Counted from the first letter of the stretch, positions 1 to 14,239 are shown. The stretch is DNA of 64,000 nt from Leucoraja erinacea (GCF_028641065.1 NC_073409.1:7254001-7318000), one strand, 5' to 3'. The notes: a model not told the origin generated them from the letters alone. Numbers and translations: made by a program.

Positions 1-2538
1 AACTTGATCGCTGTTTGGTTTTGCCATTCTTAATGTTTTGTTTATTGTCACGTGTACTGAGGTACAGTGAAAAGCTTTTTAATTGCATGCTATTCAGCCA
101 GTGAAAAGGACATACATAAGTTCATTAGTGATAGGAGCAGAATTAGGCCATTCGGCCCATCAAGTCTACTTCGCCTTTTAATCATGGCTGATCTATCTCT
201 CCCTCCTAACCCCATTCTCCTGCCTTCGTCCCATAACCCCTGACACCCATACGAATCAAAAATCTATCTATCCCTGACTTAAAAATATCCATTGACTTGG
301 CCTCCACAGCTTTTGGTGGCAATGAGTTCCACAGATTCACCACCTTCTGACTAAATAATTTTCTTTTCATCACCTTCCTAAACGACCATCCTTTTATTCA
401 GAGGCTACAACCCAAACTCTCCCACTAGTGGAAACATCCTCTCCACATCCACTCCATCCAGGGATTTCACCACATGATTACAATCAAACCTTCCATGATG
501 TGCCGATATAGGACAAAGGGAATAATGTTGAGTACAAGATAAGGAGGAGGAGGAGCCCTTGCTGCCTCCTCCCCTTCCTATCTCTCCCAGCCCTCGGGCT
601 GCTCCTCCTCCTTTTTCCTTTCTTCTACCCACCCCCACCCCCCATCCCCCATCAGTCTGAAGAAGGGTTTCGGTCCGAAAAGTTGCCTATATCCTTCGCT
701 CCATAGATGCTGCTGCACCAGCTGAGTTTCTCCAGCATTTTTGTGTACCTTCGATTTTCCAGCATCTGCAGTTCCTTCTTAAACACAAAGTCCGATTAAA
801 GGTAGTTCGACAGTTCAGTGGAAAGAAATAGTCTAAAATTAAAAACTGAAGCACATCCAGGCAGTCCAGGTAACTTGAACCGATTCAGAACAATAACGTC
901 TTGACAAAGTGCATTTTGAATTTTAAACTTAAGTACTTTATGAATGTTTGCTGGCATCAAATTTAATTTGTAAATGCCAACACCGCACATTGTTTGAAGA
1001 AAAATTCCAAGAACCTTATTAAAAATGCTTTGAACTAATGGGCTCAATTTTCCCTTTAAAACAAGTCCTGTAAAAGGCATCCTGTATGTAGTCATAGTTT
1101 GATATTTGATAGAGTGGAAATATTACTGAACTTAACCAAGAAATAAACATTCAACATTCAAAGCTTTTCTTCCTTCCATGTTAGTTATTAGCATGGTTGA
1201 AGGTGAATCAGCAGCAGTTTTCTTTCTTAGAACCTGCTAAAATCTCAGTTTATTATCAACGTTTATTGAAAAAATGTTGTGGCGTAGTGGTGCAGCGGTA
1301 GAGGTACTGCCTTACAGCGCCAGAGACCCGGGTTCAATCCCGACTGTCTGTGCGGAGTTTGTATGTTTAGAGGGTATTTAGCTACAGGGCGAGGTTGGAC
1401 AAACTTGGATTGTTTTCTCTGGAAGGTGGTGACTGAGGGGAGTAATTTATAAAATTATGAGAGGCAAGGATAGGGTGTACAGTTGGAACCTTGTTCCCAA
1501 ATGTGGAAATGTGAGACACAAAGGCACAGCTTTAAGGTGAAAGCTGCAAAGTTGAAAGGTCGATAGACACAAAAAGCTGAGGTAACTCAGCGGGTCAGGC
1601 AGCATCCATGGAGAAAAGAAATTGATGACGTTTCGGGTCGAGACCTTTCTTCAGACCTGAAACGTCACCTATTCTTTTTCTCCAGAGATGCTGTCTGACC
1701 CGCTGAGTTACTCCAGCTTTTTTGTGTCCATCTTTGGTGTAAACCAGCATCTGCAGTTCCCTCCTCCGCAAAGTTTAAAGGAGATGAGTGAGGCAAGTGT
1801 TTAGCACAGACGGCAGTGTGTGTGTGGAGCACGCTGCCTGGTGTGATGTTGGAGGTACCGACGATAGCAACTTTGTGGAAGCTTTTTGAACACAGGTAAC
1901 CCCATTGCTTTGGGGTTAAATTCTGTCACGGCATGAAAACTGAAACCATTTTGCATTAAATGTGCAAATATCCAGCTCACAATCACTTCAGCTAATCACA
2001 GTAAATCTAATGAAAGAAACTGAGCAGCAAGCATTTCTTTTGGCTCCAGCTATGTTCCTTGTACCTTCTTAATGTCCAACTTTAGAATGATTTGCAAGTA
2101 AGGAACAAGTTCTATTGATAAGCTGTTGCCACTTCCCACACTGAATGTTTTTTTTGCATCTCGCCAGATTTTAGTGAATCTTAAAGTGCTGTTAGGACAT
2201 AGAACAGTACATCAGGAACAGGCCCTAACGCCCAAATATGATGCCTTGCTGAACTGATCTCATTTACCTGTATATGATGCATATCTCTATTCCCTACACT
2301 TCCACGAGCCTGTCTAAAAAACCTCTTAAATGCCAAGATCATATCTGCCTCCACCACCACCCCAGGCAATGCATTACAGGCCCCCACCACTCTGTGAGAA
2401 AAAACCTGCCCCACACATCTCCATTAAACTTTCCCCCTCTCACCTTATAGTTACGCCCTCTAGTGTTGGACACTTCCACCCTGGGGAAAAAGGTTCTGAC
2501 TGTCTTCCCTATGTATGCCTCTCATAATTTTATATATA

Positions 2539-3766
2539 CAGGTGCACAACCTTTTATCCGGTGTTCCAGAAACCGAAAAGCTCCGAAAACCGACCATTTT
2601 TTCCAGATGTCGTCTGCGCACCAAAGCTCGCGTTTGGCGCCAAACCTGACCCAAAACGACCCACGGTCAACCCAGGTCTGTACTACTGTAGCGGCTGCCT
2701 CCTCCCTGGAGACCGGGAGACGCTTAAACATCTGTAAATCATTGCTTAAATGTTAGTCAGTTAGTTTGGAGGGCTTTTATGTGAAGGGGGGTGAAGGGGT
2801 AAACTTTAATTCTTAGTCCCCTACCTGGTCGGAGAGGCGGGGAGCGGTCAATGCCTTACCGGGTCGCTGTGCAGTAAGCTCCGCAGCGCTGTGGCCGGTG
2901 GGGCCGCCGGTTGTAGCTCCGACCCCGGCATCTCTACCCCTGGCTGCGAGGCGCTCCAAATCCAGCGCGGCCCGCGGCCGGACGCCCCAGCTCCGCGAAT
3001 GTCGGGAGTCGGCAGCGTCGCAGCGCTGGGAAACCAGCGGGGTGCGGGCAATGCCTTACCGGGTCGCCGTGCGGCAAGCTCCGGAGCGCTGTGGCCGCCA
3101 ACACACAACATCGCGGAGCGTCGCTGGATTTGGAGCCGCGCAGCCAGGGGTAGAGTTGCCGGGGTCGGAGCTCCAACCGGCGCCGCCCGCGGCCGGACGG
3201 AGCCCCCAGCTCCGCGGCTCCAAATCCAGCGACGCTCCGCGAATGTTGGAAGAAGGCGGCCACAGCGCTCCGGAGCTTGCCGCACGGCGACCCGGTAAGG
3301 CATTGCCCGCTCCCCGCTGGTATCCCAGCGCTGCGATGCCGCCGACTCCCGACATTCTCGGAGCTGGGACGTCCGGCCGCGGGCCGCGCTGGATTTGGAG
3401 CGCCTCGCAGTCAGGGGTAGAGTTGCCGGGGTCGGAGCTACAACCGGCGCCGCCCGCGGCCGGACGGAGCCCCCAGCTCCGCGAGGTTGGGAGTCGCCGA
3501 CCAGGTAGGTAGGGGACTAAGAATTAAAGTTTCCCCCTTCACCCCGACTCCACCACCACCACATAAAATCCCTCCAAACTAACTGACTAACATTTATGCA
3601 ATGATTCTCCCGGTCTCCGGGGAGGAGGCAGCTGCTCCAGACTTTTCAAGCCGCCCGCGCTACCTACCTAATCTACGCTAAAAATCTTCCATTCTGAAAT
3701 CCGAAAATGTCCGAAATCCGACAAGTGTCTGGTCCCAAGGCTTTCGGATAAAAGGTTGTGCACCTG
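2539..3766. mobile_element. Tigger/pogo-like (Tc1-mariner) non-autonomous DNA element with a foldback interior
   Basis: TIRs CAGGTGCACAACCTTTTATCCG / CGGATAAAAGGTTGTGCACCTG flanked by TA. The subterminal CCGAAATCCG...CTGGTCCCAAG..TTTCGGATAA resembles Tigger4/MER46 ends. No transposase ORF. Confidence 0.8.
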
Positions 3767-4838
3767 TACTAAAATTATATAGAGTTTGAATTGTTTTTTT
3801 TGTTTATATTAATTTTACGAATGAGCAGAATCCTGAAGCCTTCGAAGATGTTGTGAGGTTCCGTCAGCTGTTTGTTTCTGCTGCTGGATAATATGGGGCC
3901 CACATCAGAGGTACAGGGTCTCTGCACCCAGGCTGTGATTAAACATAGGGGCCACATTGTTAGACAGTGAATCACTCAGCATCATCACATTCATTCTATT
4001 CATGATAAAATGAGTAGCTGTCAACTTGCAGTGAACTCGTATTCTGTGCAGTTGCATAAGCACTAACATTTCCCAGCTGACTCACAGAAGATGCCGTGCA
4101 TTCTTATACAGTACCCAGCAATCAATCTATGGATCGATGGGCTGAATGGCTTAATTCTGCTCCTATGGCTTGTGAACTTAAGATTACATGGGAACTTGTA
4201 CTTTTTAAGAATATAGTTATGATATATTACTGCAGGATTTTGATAACTCTCAAATATAAAATCTTTAATCAAGCCCCCACTGTCGTGACTACATTGCCAT
4301 GTGATACTCACTCCTTATAAACCCTTCAATGTGTCATTGCATTTAATAATGAAATCAAAGCAGTCTGCAAGCTCACTGTATTTCTGAATGCAGATATATT
4401 CTACAAGCAGATGTTAATGTGCATAGGTAACGTTTGTGTGCAAATATAAATTAACCAAGAAACTGTATTTAAATTTTAATCTGAAATACTACAAGTGAAG
4501 TAATTCTCAGATAATCTGGGGGTTTTTAGTCTAAAATGAAATTAAACTAAATTATGAAATGTATTTTAATTTGAATGTTTTTAATTTCTTCCAACCATTT
4601 TCTTATAACAGTGAATGTACCAGTAGTGAACTTACATGAACTGGTTTGTGAACCGATGCTAAATGAGACTGATCCCCTGACACATTATTTAAGACTGTTC
4701 TATTGATGTCAAATGTTAATAACGTCAGTGTTCACGACTTTGTTGTGGGCTGGTTTCAGACTCGCATGAAAAGTAAGTTCAGAGGTGGTTTCTTTCTGAT
4801 CCTTTCATTAATTAATTGTCCCGTGGTTTCTTTGCCAG

Positions 4839-4940
4839 ATCCTCAAGTACCTGCGAACCCAGGATCGCCTCTGTATGGAGGGCTACAAGGGGAGACTTGT
4901 CAAAGAAGCTATGGAGATTTTTCAAAATTCTGAGGAAAAG
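4839..4940 (+). CDS. UBAP1L: UBAP1-like protein, penultimate coding exon (SOUBA/UBA region)
   Basis: ttgccag|ATC...GAAAAG|gtttga; 102 nt, phase 0-0; ILKYLRTQDRLCMEGYKGRLVKEAMEIFQNSEEK resembles the UBAP1/UBAP1L C-terminal UBA repeats; lies tail-to-tail with KBTBD13 as human UBAP1L does. Upstream exons were not found in the window. Confidence 0.85.
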
Positions 4941-6309
4941 GTTTGAGCATCCTTAATCTGCGGCGTTTTAAGGAGAATCGTTCCCTATTCTCCCCATTCT
5001 GTACCGATCATTCTGAGAATGAAGCATATCCACACATTATCATCTAGGAATGTCTGATTTCACTAGGAATAGCTTGCATTAGTCATAGAGTCATACCCTT
5101 CAGTCCAAGTCGTCCATGTTGACCAAGTTTGGTCATCTAAGCTAGTGCCTTTTCCCCATGATGTCCCATATCCCTCTTAACCTTTCCAGTACATGTCCCA
5201 ATGTCTTTTAAATGTTGTTATTGTACCTACCTCAACTACTTCCTCTGGCAAAATGTGTAGGAAGGAACTGCAGATGCTGGTTTAAACCGATGATTGGCAC
5301 AAAAAGCTGGAGTAACTCAGCGGGTCACGCACCTCCCTGGAGAAAAGGAATAGGTGACATTTCGGAAGGGTCTCGACCCCGAAACGTCATCTATTGCTTT
5401 TCTCCAGAGATGCCGAGTTGCTCCAGCTTTTTGTGTGTGCTTCCTCTGTCAGCTTGTTTCATATATAACCATATAACCATATAACAATTACAGGGAAAAG
5501 GCAATCTCGGCCCTACAAGTCCGTGCCGAACAACATTTTTCCCTTAGTCCCACCTGCCTGCACTCATACCATAACCCTCCATTCCCTTCTCATCCATATG
5601 CCTATCCAATTTATTTTTAAATGATACCAATGAACCTGCCTCCACCACTTCCACTGGAAGCTCATTCCACACCGCTACCACTCTCTGAGTAAAAAAGTTC
5701 CCCCTCATGTTACCCCTACTATATATATATATCCACTATCTTTAGTGTGAAAAAGTTGCCCTCCGGTTCCTAATAAATCTTTCCCCTCTCACCTTTATGC
5801 CTCTGGTACTCGATTTCCCTACCATTGGTAAAAGAGTCTGCGCATTCACCCTATCCAATCCCCTCTTGATTTGATACAACTCTATAAGATCACCCCCCAG
5901 CACTCTAAGGAATAAGGTCCTCACCTACCCAACCACTGGGTATAGGACAGGCCTTCTAGTTCATGCAACATAGTCGTAAATCCTCTCTGCACTCTTTCTA
6001 GATTAAATTATTAATTGAATGATGGAACTTTGAATTTCAAATGGAAATTACATTTAATTACAAGGTACACGGTTATGAGATCCAAGACTGTGTGAAAGTT
6101 CCAGAAACTTCTTAAAACTAAACAGCAAAATCTCTCTGCAGACCATACTGTTTTCATTTTAGATGATGAGATAAGCCCTCGGTTAATATTTGTCTAGATT
6201 CCATTGCCACATTTCCAAAGATGTCCAGAGCTGATTGTCTAGCTTGCGTTTGTTTCCTGCCAGACGTCAATAATTCCTTTATTCTTTCCTGCATTGTTTC
6301 TCCATGAAG

Positions 6310-6444
6310 GCAAAGGAATTCCTGACCCTCATGACGCAGTTCGATGAGATGGGCTTTCATCATGAAGATATTAAAGAAGTTCTTCTCATCCATAACAACC
6401 ATCAAGAAAGAGCATTTGAGGAACTCGTGGCTCGTTCCCGGTAG
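6310..6444 (+). CDS. UBAP1L: UBAP1-like protein, last coding exon
   Basis: catgaag|GCA...CGG TAG; AKEFLTLMTQFDEMGFHHEDIKEVLLIHNNHQERAFEELVARSR* contains the UBA MGF motif and is in frame with the 4839-4940 exon. Confidence 0.85.
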   Translation, partial: AKEFLTLMTQFDEMGFHHEDIKEVLLIHNNHQERAFEELVARSR

Positions 6445-6689
6445 ACAACAAAGGTGTGGACTTCACATTTATTTGGTTTGTGTATTCCATCCACACTCGG
6501 GTGTTCTAATCCTCACCCTAACCCTGGATTTTTTAAAATGGAACATTTAAAAATCCCACTGGCCAAACTGAAATACCGACACAAATGAATTAATTTTCAA
6601 TGTGTAACAATTTTGCCAGTGCTCACCTATACACAACACCTAGCAATTTGATCTCTGCCTGGCCTTTTGAACTACATAAAGCCCAGCGC

Positions 6690-7008
6690 AGCAAGGTGGC
6701 ATAGCTGTAGAGTTGCTGCCTCACCGCGCAGACACCCAGGTTCAATCCCGATGACTACGGGTGCTGTCTGTATTGAGTTTGTACGTTCTCCCCGTGACCT
6801 GCATGGGCTTTCTCCGGGAGCTCCAGGGTCCTCCCACACTCCAAAGACGTTGAGGGTTGTAGGTTAATTGGCTTGGTCAAATTGCAATATTGTCCCTAGT
6901 CTGTGACGGATAGTGTTAATGTGCGGGGATCACTGCTCGGCACAGACTCGGCTTGTTGAGAGAAGGGCCTGTTTCCGCCTTGTATCCCTAAACTAAACTA
7001 GACTAACT
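6690..7008 (+). mobile_element. tRNA-derived V-SINE (HE1-like)
   Basis: GGTGGC...GGTTCAATCCC A/B-box head, central GGGCTTTCTCCGGGAGCTCC...CCTCCCACA core and (TAAAC)n tail. Confidence 0.75.
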
Positions 7009-10000
7009 GAAGAAGGGACCTGATCCCAAAGATCACCTTCTCCACCTTCTCCAGAGATGCTGCCTGACCTCCTGCACGTTGTGTAACTTTTTTGGGAACT
7101 AACATCTGCAGTTCCTTGTGTCTCCATAACGTCTAACTGAGCTGTTGTTATTACAAGAGGTTGTCCCAAAGTGTGGAGGTTGGAGTTTATCCAGGACCAG
7201 AGTCAATCGTAGGTCTGTAAAACACTGGTCAGAGCAGCCCAGAGTAAGGTGCCTGCCACCATTGTACATACAAGCCCAGGTAAAGCTGTGGGAATACCAG
7301 CTAGTGAGAACTTCCAGGGAGACAGAGACAGGCTCCTGGAGCATCTACAGTTAGTGGAAGGGCAAGTTGGTAAACTTCTGAAAACTGCTTTGGGGAAAAA
7401 TAATTAGACAATCCCAAATATTTTGCTGTAATACATGGGAGTGTTTGAGTTTGGCAACTGTTGTCTATGTGAATGCTGCTGCAAAGACTCTTACAGCATT
7501 TGATTGTAGATTTTTTTATGGGCCAAGCGCAGGCAGGTGGGACTAGTGTAGATGGGACATGTTGGTCGGTGTGTGTAAATTGAGCTGAAAGGCCTGTTTC
7601 CACGCTGTAAGACTCGATGATTCTATGACTCTAATTGCTGAGCAGTCATCAACATTAAAGTTTGGGTCCAATTTAAAAAATGACGCGGATCTCCATGGTT
7701 TAATTTGGCAAGGCATTGTTACACACAGTGTTTCTGCTGGGACTGTGATTATTCTTAGAACATGGCTCGGAATTCTTATAAAGAAAATGTTTTCTTTACA
7801 CTGATGTGCTTGCATTAAAACAAGAGAAAATTGATGAGATGTTAGATTAATAATCTGTCATATCAAAAAAAAGCACCTGGTTTATAACAAGTGTCCCTGT
7901 TACATTAAAAACAGTACCTTAAATCTGCTTATTAAAAACAAAATGAGTTTGGAATAAATTGTAAACTCTGTCTGAAAGAATCATGTTAATCTAGAACCTT
8001 ATTAAAGACTTTGTTGAATTATACCATCTTGTTCAGCACCACAGTCTGCCACATTATAACCTGGCACTTTTTCAACACTCACTTTTCCAACACTCAATTC
8101 ATAGACACAAACTGTCCACTGGATGTGAATTTCCATTTTAGTTTGCTCCATGTTCCTGCTCTCTGTCTGTTGAAAACATTGTAAGTAACTGGAGATCCTA
8201 AAGCATTCTCAGTGATTGAGGATCCACAGTGAAAAGGTTGAGAATCCAAAGATTTATAACCAGCTACATAACGATTTTTTAACTGTGCAGGAAGGAACTG
8301 CAGATGCTGGTTTACACTGAAGATAAACCAAAATGCTGGAGTAACTCAGCGGGACAGGCAGTGTCTCTGGAGAGAAGGAATGGGTGACGTTTCGGGTCCA
8401 GACCCATCTTCAGATTCCTAAATGTGTAATAACTAAATGTGACTTTGGCAACATTCCTTGTGACTCATTTTCACTTTGATGTTAGTTTTGAATTACATGC
8501 CCTTTGTAAGTCATCCTCCCATCTGAAAGGAAGTGTGGTGGTTGGGGTTTCATTCTGTTATTACTGGATGATTCTAATATTATTCATTGAACTCTCCGAG
8601 CTGTGTGTGTGAGCCAGGACTCTACTTTGACAGAAGTACTCGTTATTCCCACTCTTGGACAAACCCAAACACAAAAATAAACCATGTATTGAAATTAAAT
8701 TTCAGATATTAGCACATACTTTATGGCTGATGTATTTGTGTATAATTCCCTGGAACCTATTTAAGACATTATTCCCCATTTTAGACATGAATTCATCCAT
8801 TTTAATGGAAATATTAAAAGGTTGCTTATCCGTTCCTTCTGCATTAAAAAACCATAAACGCAAGTGTTAAAACATTTCACTTTGTATGTGACATGCGATC
8901 CATGCAATATACTATAAGTTTGATCATCATGTTATGGATTAATTTGTCTCTGCTGCTGTTGTGCTCATGTAAACATTAGTAACACATCAACTATAGGTAC
9001 CATGTAATCCCGTGCTACCTGCTCCATGGTCAGATAGTCGGTGACTAAACCGTCTCCCCCACCTGGTTTGCCAGGTGAGGAGGGGGCTGTGGACCCCCAG
9101 AAGGACCAAAAACAAGACCTGCCAAAGGGCGGATGAGCTTCTAGCGAGTCAATGGCCATCCACACTTCAGTAGATGTTGCGATCACTGTCATACATAACA
9201 TTGTAAGGAATGATGATAAAGCACACACACCAAAACCCTATACTTCCAGCGGCGGAAGTCGCAGGAACTGGAGGACAGAGATGTGTGGTGCGTCCGTCAC
9301 TGTTCCCGTTGGAAACCAGCACCACTGCATCGCTAATGTTTTCAACGATGGTGAATGAATGAAAATAAATGATTATAGTCTGTTCAAAGGTGTCATTCAA
9401 AGTAAAAAAATCAATGGGACATGTGCTCTGTAGCCTTACTTTGTAAATTATTGATTAAAACATGTTAATAGAAATAAAAGTCATGCATAAAAACTCTAAT
9501 CTATTGTTTGTTCATATTCTAAGTTTGATCAATTGAATATTTAACTAAATTCATTTTACGAGGTTCCTTATTTTCAGCAGACAGAATTTGTAGGAAGCAA
9601 TTGCAGATGCTGGTTTACACTGAAGATAGACACAAAATGCTGGAGTAACTCAGCGGGGTCAGGCAGCACCTCTGGACAAAAGGACTAGATGACGTTTCAG
9701 TTTGAGACTGTTCCACAGACCTTTGGACAGTCTTTTGGACCTTCAGTCTGCAGAAGTGTCTCGACCTGAAATGTCACCTATTCCTTCTCTCCAGAGATGC
9801 TGCCTGGCCTGCTGAGTTACTCCAGCATTTTGAGTCTATCTTATTTTTAGCAACGTGGGATGTTGGACATAAAATGGATGTGTCCCTGGATGGAGAGTGG
9901 AGGGGTGGGTGTGAGGACGTACAGAGTGGCCAGTCTCCACATTTCAGGTCGTTACTCAGAGAATATTACTCGGATATTAATTTAGAGAATGTAAAGTTAT

Positions 10001-10618
10001 AATCAAAGTGGCCAATCAATATATTCCAAACATCATGCTGAAACTGCAAAACCATTGCTTAGCATAAATCAGCAGCTTAGGTTTTAAATAACTGTGCACA
10101 AAAAGATATAGTGTAGAAAAGAAATTCTGCAGATGCTGGTTTGATACTCAAGCATGAAGATATTAGACATGTTGGACAAAAATGTGCTGGTGGAGTAGGA
10201 CGTCAGAGTGGCAGTCTCCACATTTCAGGTCATTACTCGGAGAATATTACAGCATTTTAATCAAAGTCTCATGCTGAAACTGGGTGAAAACGGTTTATAG
10301 TGTAGAAAAGAACTGGATCTGAAGAAGGGTCCCAGCACCTTTGGGTCTGAAGAAGTCACTCCCAGAGATGCTGCCTGACCCGACCAGTTACTCCAGCACT
10401 TGTTGTCTATCTTCTTGTGCACAATGAGTGTCAGCATTCTTCAACCACATCATCAAAAGAAAATCACAGAAAATTAATTTATCCTGAATTCACTGGTTTC
10501 ATATTGCATTTTAAATGTGTTGTTTATTTGGATCTTTCATTGTATAAGCACACAATATACTTAATCGTCTATGGGTTAAAATAGGTTCTCCATGGCATTA
10601 TTGAAAACTGTACTTGGG

Positions 10619-11370
10619 CTGTGGGTCAAGGAGCTTTCTCGTTCATTTTCGTGACCCAGTTCACGGAACTACCTGAATTTTTAACATATTGTGTAAAAAT
10701 ATATAAATCATTCCCTGAAACTCGTCAGGCCCAAAACCTGCACATTTTTAAGAAATATGAGGAAAAATCTCAAATTTTCTGAGTAGTAATTGCCCAATCA
10801 ATGCACATTTGACATTGAGGTTGCACGCAAACTGACAAATCCCGCGCTTTGTTTTATGGTCACTAGGCAGCGAGGACCCTGGGATCATGGCTGCCTCCTC
10901 ATTACATCAAAACAATAGCAAGGTTTCCAGGGATAAAGGTAATGCTCACTTTGCTGTGGTGAGAGTGGTCGGTTCTGCCTGGTCTCCGGTGGGTGGTGAG
11001 AGCGGTTGGTCGGGCTGTCGGTAGGTGATGAGAGCGGTCTGACGGAGCTGGCACTATGGGGATGCTGAAGGTGGCCCGGGTTGCGTGCAGGGCAGTGCTG
11101 CTCCTCACCATCATCACCACCAGAAGGGAATGCTGGCCGAGTTGGTCATGCTACGGGGCCACACGTACGCAGCCCGCAGCTGGTCCCAAATGAGTTTAAT
11201 TAACTAATATCTAATTAGTTTAATTAATTAATGTGCAACTTTTGGCACTGACGAGTTATGACTTCCTTCTCAATTATATTTAATCTAAATCTGTGGAAAA
11301 TGTCATGTAGTTCCGAGACATGGGTCACAAAAGTTGATTTCTAGACACATTTTTGATGCTCGGCCCACTA
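10619..11370. mobile_element. Possible degenerate DNA-transposon relic
   Basis: TTTTCGTGACCCAGTTCACGGAACTACCTGA (~10646-10676) is inverted, with mismatches, at ~11303-11332; weak GTGGG...CCCAC termini. Confidence 0.35.
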
Positions 11371-13944
11371 GAAGCCGAACTGGAAATTCAGATTTACAGT
11401 GCTTATATATCCATTATTGATGCAGTGTTCAGTCCAACTTTCCAAACTGCAGCTTCCCACTGCTGCACATTGCATTACTCTGCGCAGTGGTGAGATCTAT
11501 AAATTATTTGCAGAATAAATCTTTCTCAAACATTCAGCAGAAGGTCTTTTGGACCTTGATGTTGCCCAGTGATGAGGAAAACACAGCCCTGTTTAGAAAA
11601 ACAAACCTTGAGTGTGGAGTATAAAGCTTTGAAATCCAAGCCCTTCTGTTTATAGATCTCCAGTAGGGAGAGTTCAAACCCCTTGCACCGGCAGCGATGA
11701 CGGCAGCTTCTCCCAGGCACTGGTTCCCACAGGATCAAAATAATCTGGGAACTTTATTACCAACTGCCTTGTTGTGCAGCAAAGGTTCAGGAATAGCTAC
11801 TTCCCAATAGCCATCAGGCTATTAAACTCGTCTCGGACAAAAATCTGAACATTAATAGCCCATTATCTGTTTATTTGCATTTTATCCTTTTATTTATTTA
11901 TGTGTGTGTATATATTTATATAATGGGATATGGACACACTGATCTGTTCTGTGTTCGTGCCTACTATGTTCTGGTGTGCAAAAGCAAAGCAAAATTTCAT
12001 TTTCCTATCAGGGACACATGACAATAAACTCTCTTGAATCTTGAATCTCAATCCCTCGGTAATTGGATGCAGATACGTTTACTGGTGGTGCGGTTCTGCT
12101 GCTGGGGAAAGTGCTTTAAGCCCGACTGTGCAAGATAAATAATGGCTCCGCACTGTGGCAGGCTGTGTCGTAGTTCCCTGGTGAAATCAGCTGACTCTTC
12201 CTGCTCTAAACCCGGGCCAAATGACCGGGAACTCTAACCATGCGGACGTGACCTTCAGTAACTGCAGGTAAAGTGCAATTCCATTTGATTATAATGATTG
12301 GCCTTCAGACGCTTAACTGAACAGGAGCTATAAAGAGTGTAGGAAGGAACCGTTGATGCTGGTTTTACACCAAAGATAGACACAAAAAGCTGGAGTAACT
12401 CGGCTGGTCAGGCAGCATCTCTGGAGAAAAGGAATGGGTGATATTTTTCCAGAAATGCTGCCTGACCTGCTGAGTTACTCCAGCTGTTTGTGTCTATCAT
12501 GGGAGCTATAAAGAATTACATCCGAGGGTCTCCAACCCATCATACAGGCACGAGCACCTTGGAAAGATTGGTAATAAACAATTTGTGGTATTCCACAATG
12601 TTGTAATCATTCCATTCTGACACAAGAAAGCATTGAATGGGAAATCAACTCACGATGCAAACTGAGAGACAACACTGTGTGGTGTGGGGAACAATGTTGA
12701 CATGCCTCACGGGAAGACAGCATAACAATTCAGAGATGTCTTCCAGAATATTAAGCATCCTGGGACACGTATGTGACTCCCTGAGCCTGGACATGAGATG
12801 GGGCTTTACATAAAAAGCCACAAAGTGCTGGAGTAACTCAGCGTGTCAGGCAGCATCTCTGGAGAACATGGATAGGTGACAGGATCCATCTTCCTGAGCT
12901 TAGTGCTTTGAATATCTTGCCATTGCTATCTCACTAAAGATTGGAAATCTCAAGGGTTGATGTGTAGATTTCCATGGCTGCCAGTGTCAGAACCATACAG
13001 TATAACTTCTCAGTTTAGTTTAGTTTATTGTCACGTGTACTGTGTGCTGAGGTACAGTGAAAAGCTTTATAGGGTGTGTGCTAATCCTGTCAGCAGAAAG
13101 ACTATTCATGTTGATTACAATCGATCCATCCAGGGAACACAGATACAGGATAAAGGGAATAAAGTCCAATAAAGTCCAATTTGAAAGAGTTCAAGGGTCT
13201 CCAATTAGGTAGATAGTAGCTCAGGACCGCTCTAGTTGGTGATAAGATGGTTCAGTTGCCTGATAACAGCTGGGAAGAAACTGTCCCTGAATCTGGAGGT
13301 GATCAACTTGTGGAAGGTAATGGGTCTGTGGGTATAGATTAGTCAGCTGTTGCTGCCACTCGGTGAAGCCATGTAAAACTTGGTCTGACAACTCCTCACA
13401 ACCTTTATTGGAGGTGGTGAATTGAAGGAGAAGCCTGTGCAATTAAAAAAAATTGATTAAAAACAAACAAGAAGGGAAATTTAAATTTGAACATAGCTCT
13501 GAAAAACCACAGGTCCAAGTGAATACTACAAAATATGACAAATGTTATTTTTAACTCCAGATATCAAAATAACTGGCCAGAATTCACCACAATAAATCGA
13601 GCAGCTATTATTGATGTTACTGGAAATTATTATAAAAGGCATACTGCATGTCGGAGTTGTTTCTTTAGATGTTTATCAAGGTGTTCCTTTATGTAACTGT
13701 TCTCATCTTAACTTGCCATCATGTTTTAAATTAGAAAGAAATGCAGCCATGGAAAGAATGATTCCACCCCGACATACACTGATTATCGGGAGCCGCTCTG
13801 TTTCACTGATGGTTTGCCACAACTCAATTTCTGCTGCTAAAAGTTACAGATCATATCAGGCTGGTGTTCCTCAGAGGAATTTGAGTGCTGAGTCCAACAG
13901 CATACACGTTATTCACTCCCAATCCGCACATCAATCCTGTGACT

Positions 13945-14239
13945 GGTGGTGTGCCTCGGGGGTCAGTGCTGGGCCCTTTGCTGTTTGTGGTTTTATATTG
14001 CGGAGAACATATAAGGCATGATTAGCAAGTTTGCAGATGACACGAAAGTGGGTGGCATCGTAGACAGCGAAGGTGGTTATCAAAAATTGCAGCAGGATCT
14101 TAATCATTTGAGCAAGTGGGCTGAAGAATGGTTGATGGAGTTTAATACAGATAAGTGCGATGTGTTGAATTTTGGGAAGTCAAACCAGGGCAGGACCTTC
14201 ATAGTGAATGGCAGGGCCCTGGGGAGTGCTGTAGAGTAG
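13945..14239 (+). mobile_element. Degenerate CR1 RT fragment
   Basis: GVPRGSVLGP-like segment followed by ISKFADDTKVGGIVDSEGGYQKLQQDL...WLMEFNTDKC; a further fragment lies at ~14760-15145. Confidence 0.8.

Noticed and set aside
1281-1345. tRNA-like sequence GGCGTAGTGGTGCAGCGGTAG...GGTTCAATCCC
   Set aside because: Head of a tRNA-derived SINE that continues into SINE body; not a tRNA gene.
2848-3512. Several 100-200 aa ORFs on both strands
   Set aside because: Products of the GC-rich palindrome inside the MITE; no transposase motifs.
8985-9175. GC-rich segment ending GGGCGGATGAGC, reminiscent of a LINE 5' leader or HDV-like J4/2
   Set aside because: I could not build P1, P2 and P3 pairings; it remains an unclassified probable repeat fragment.
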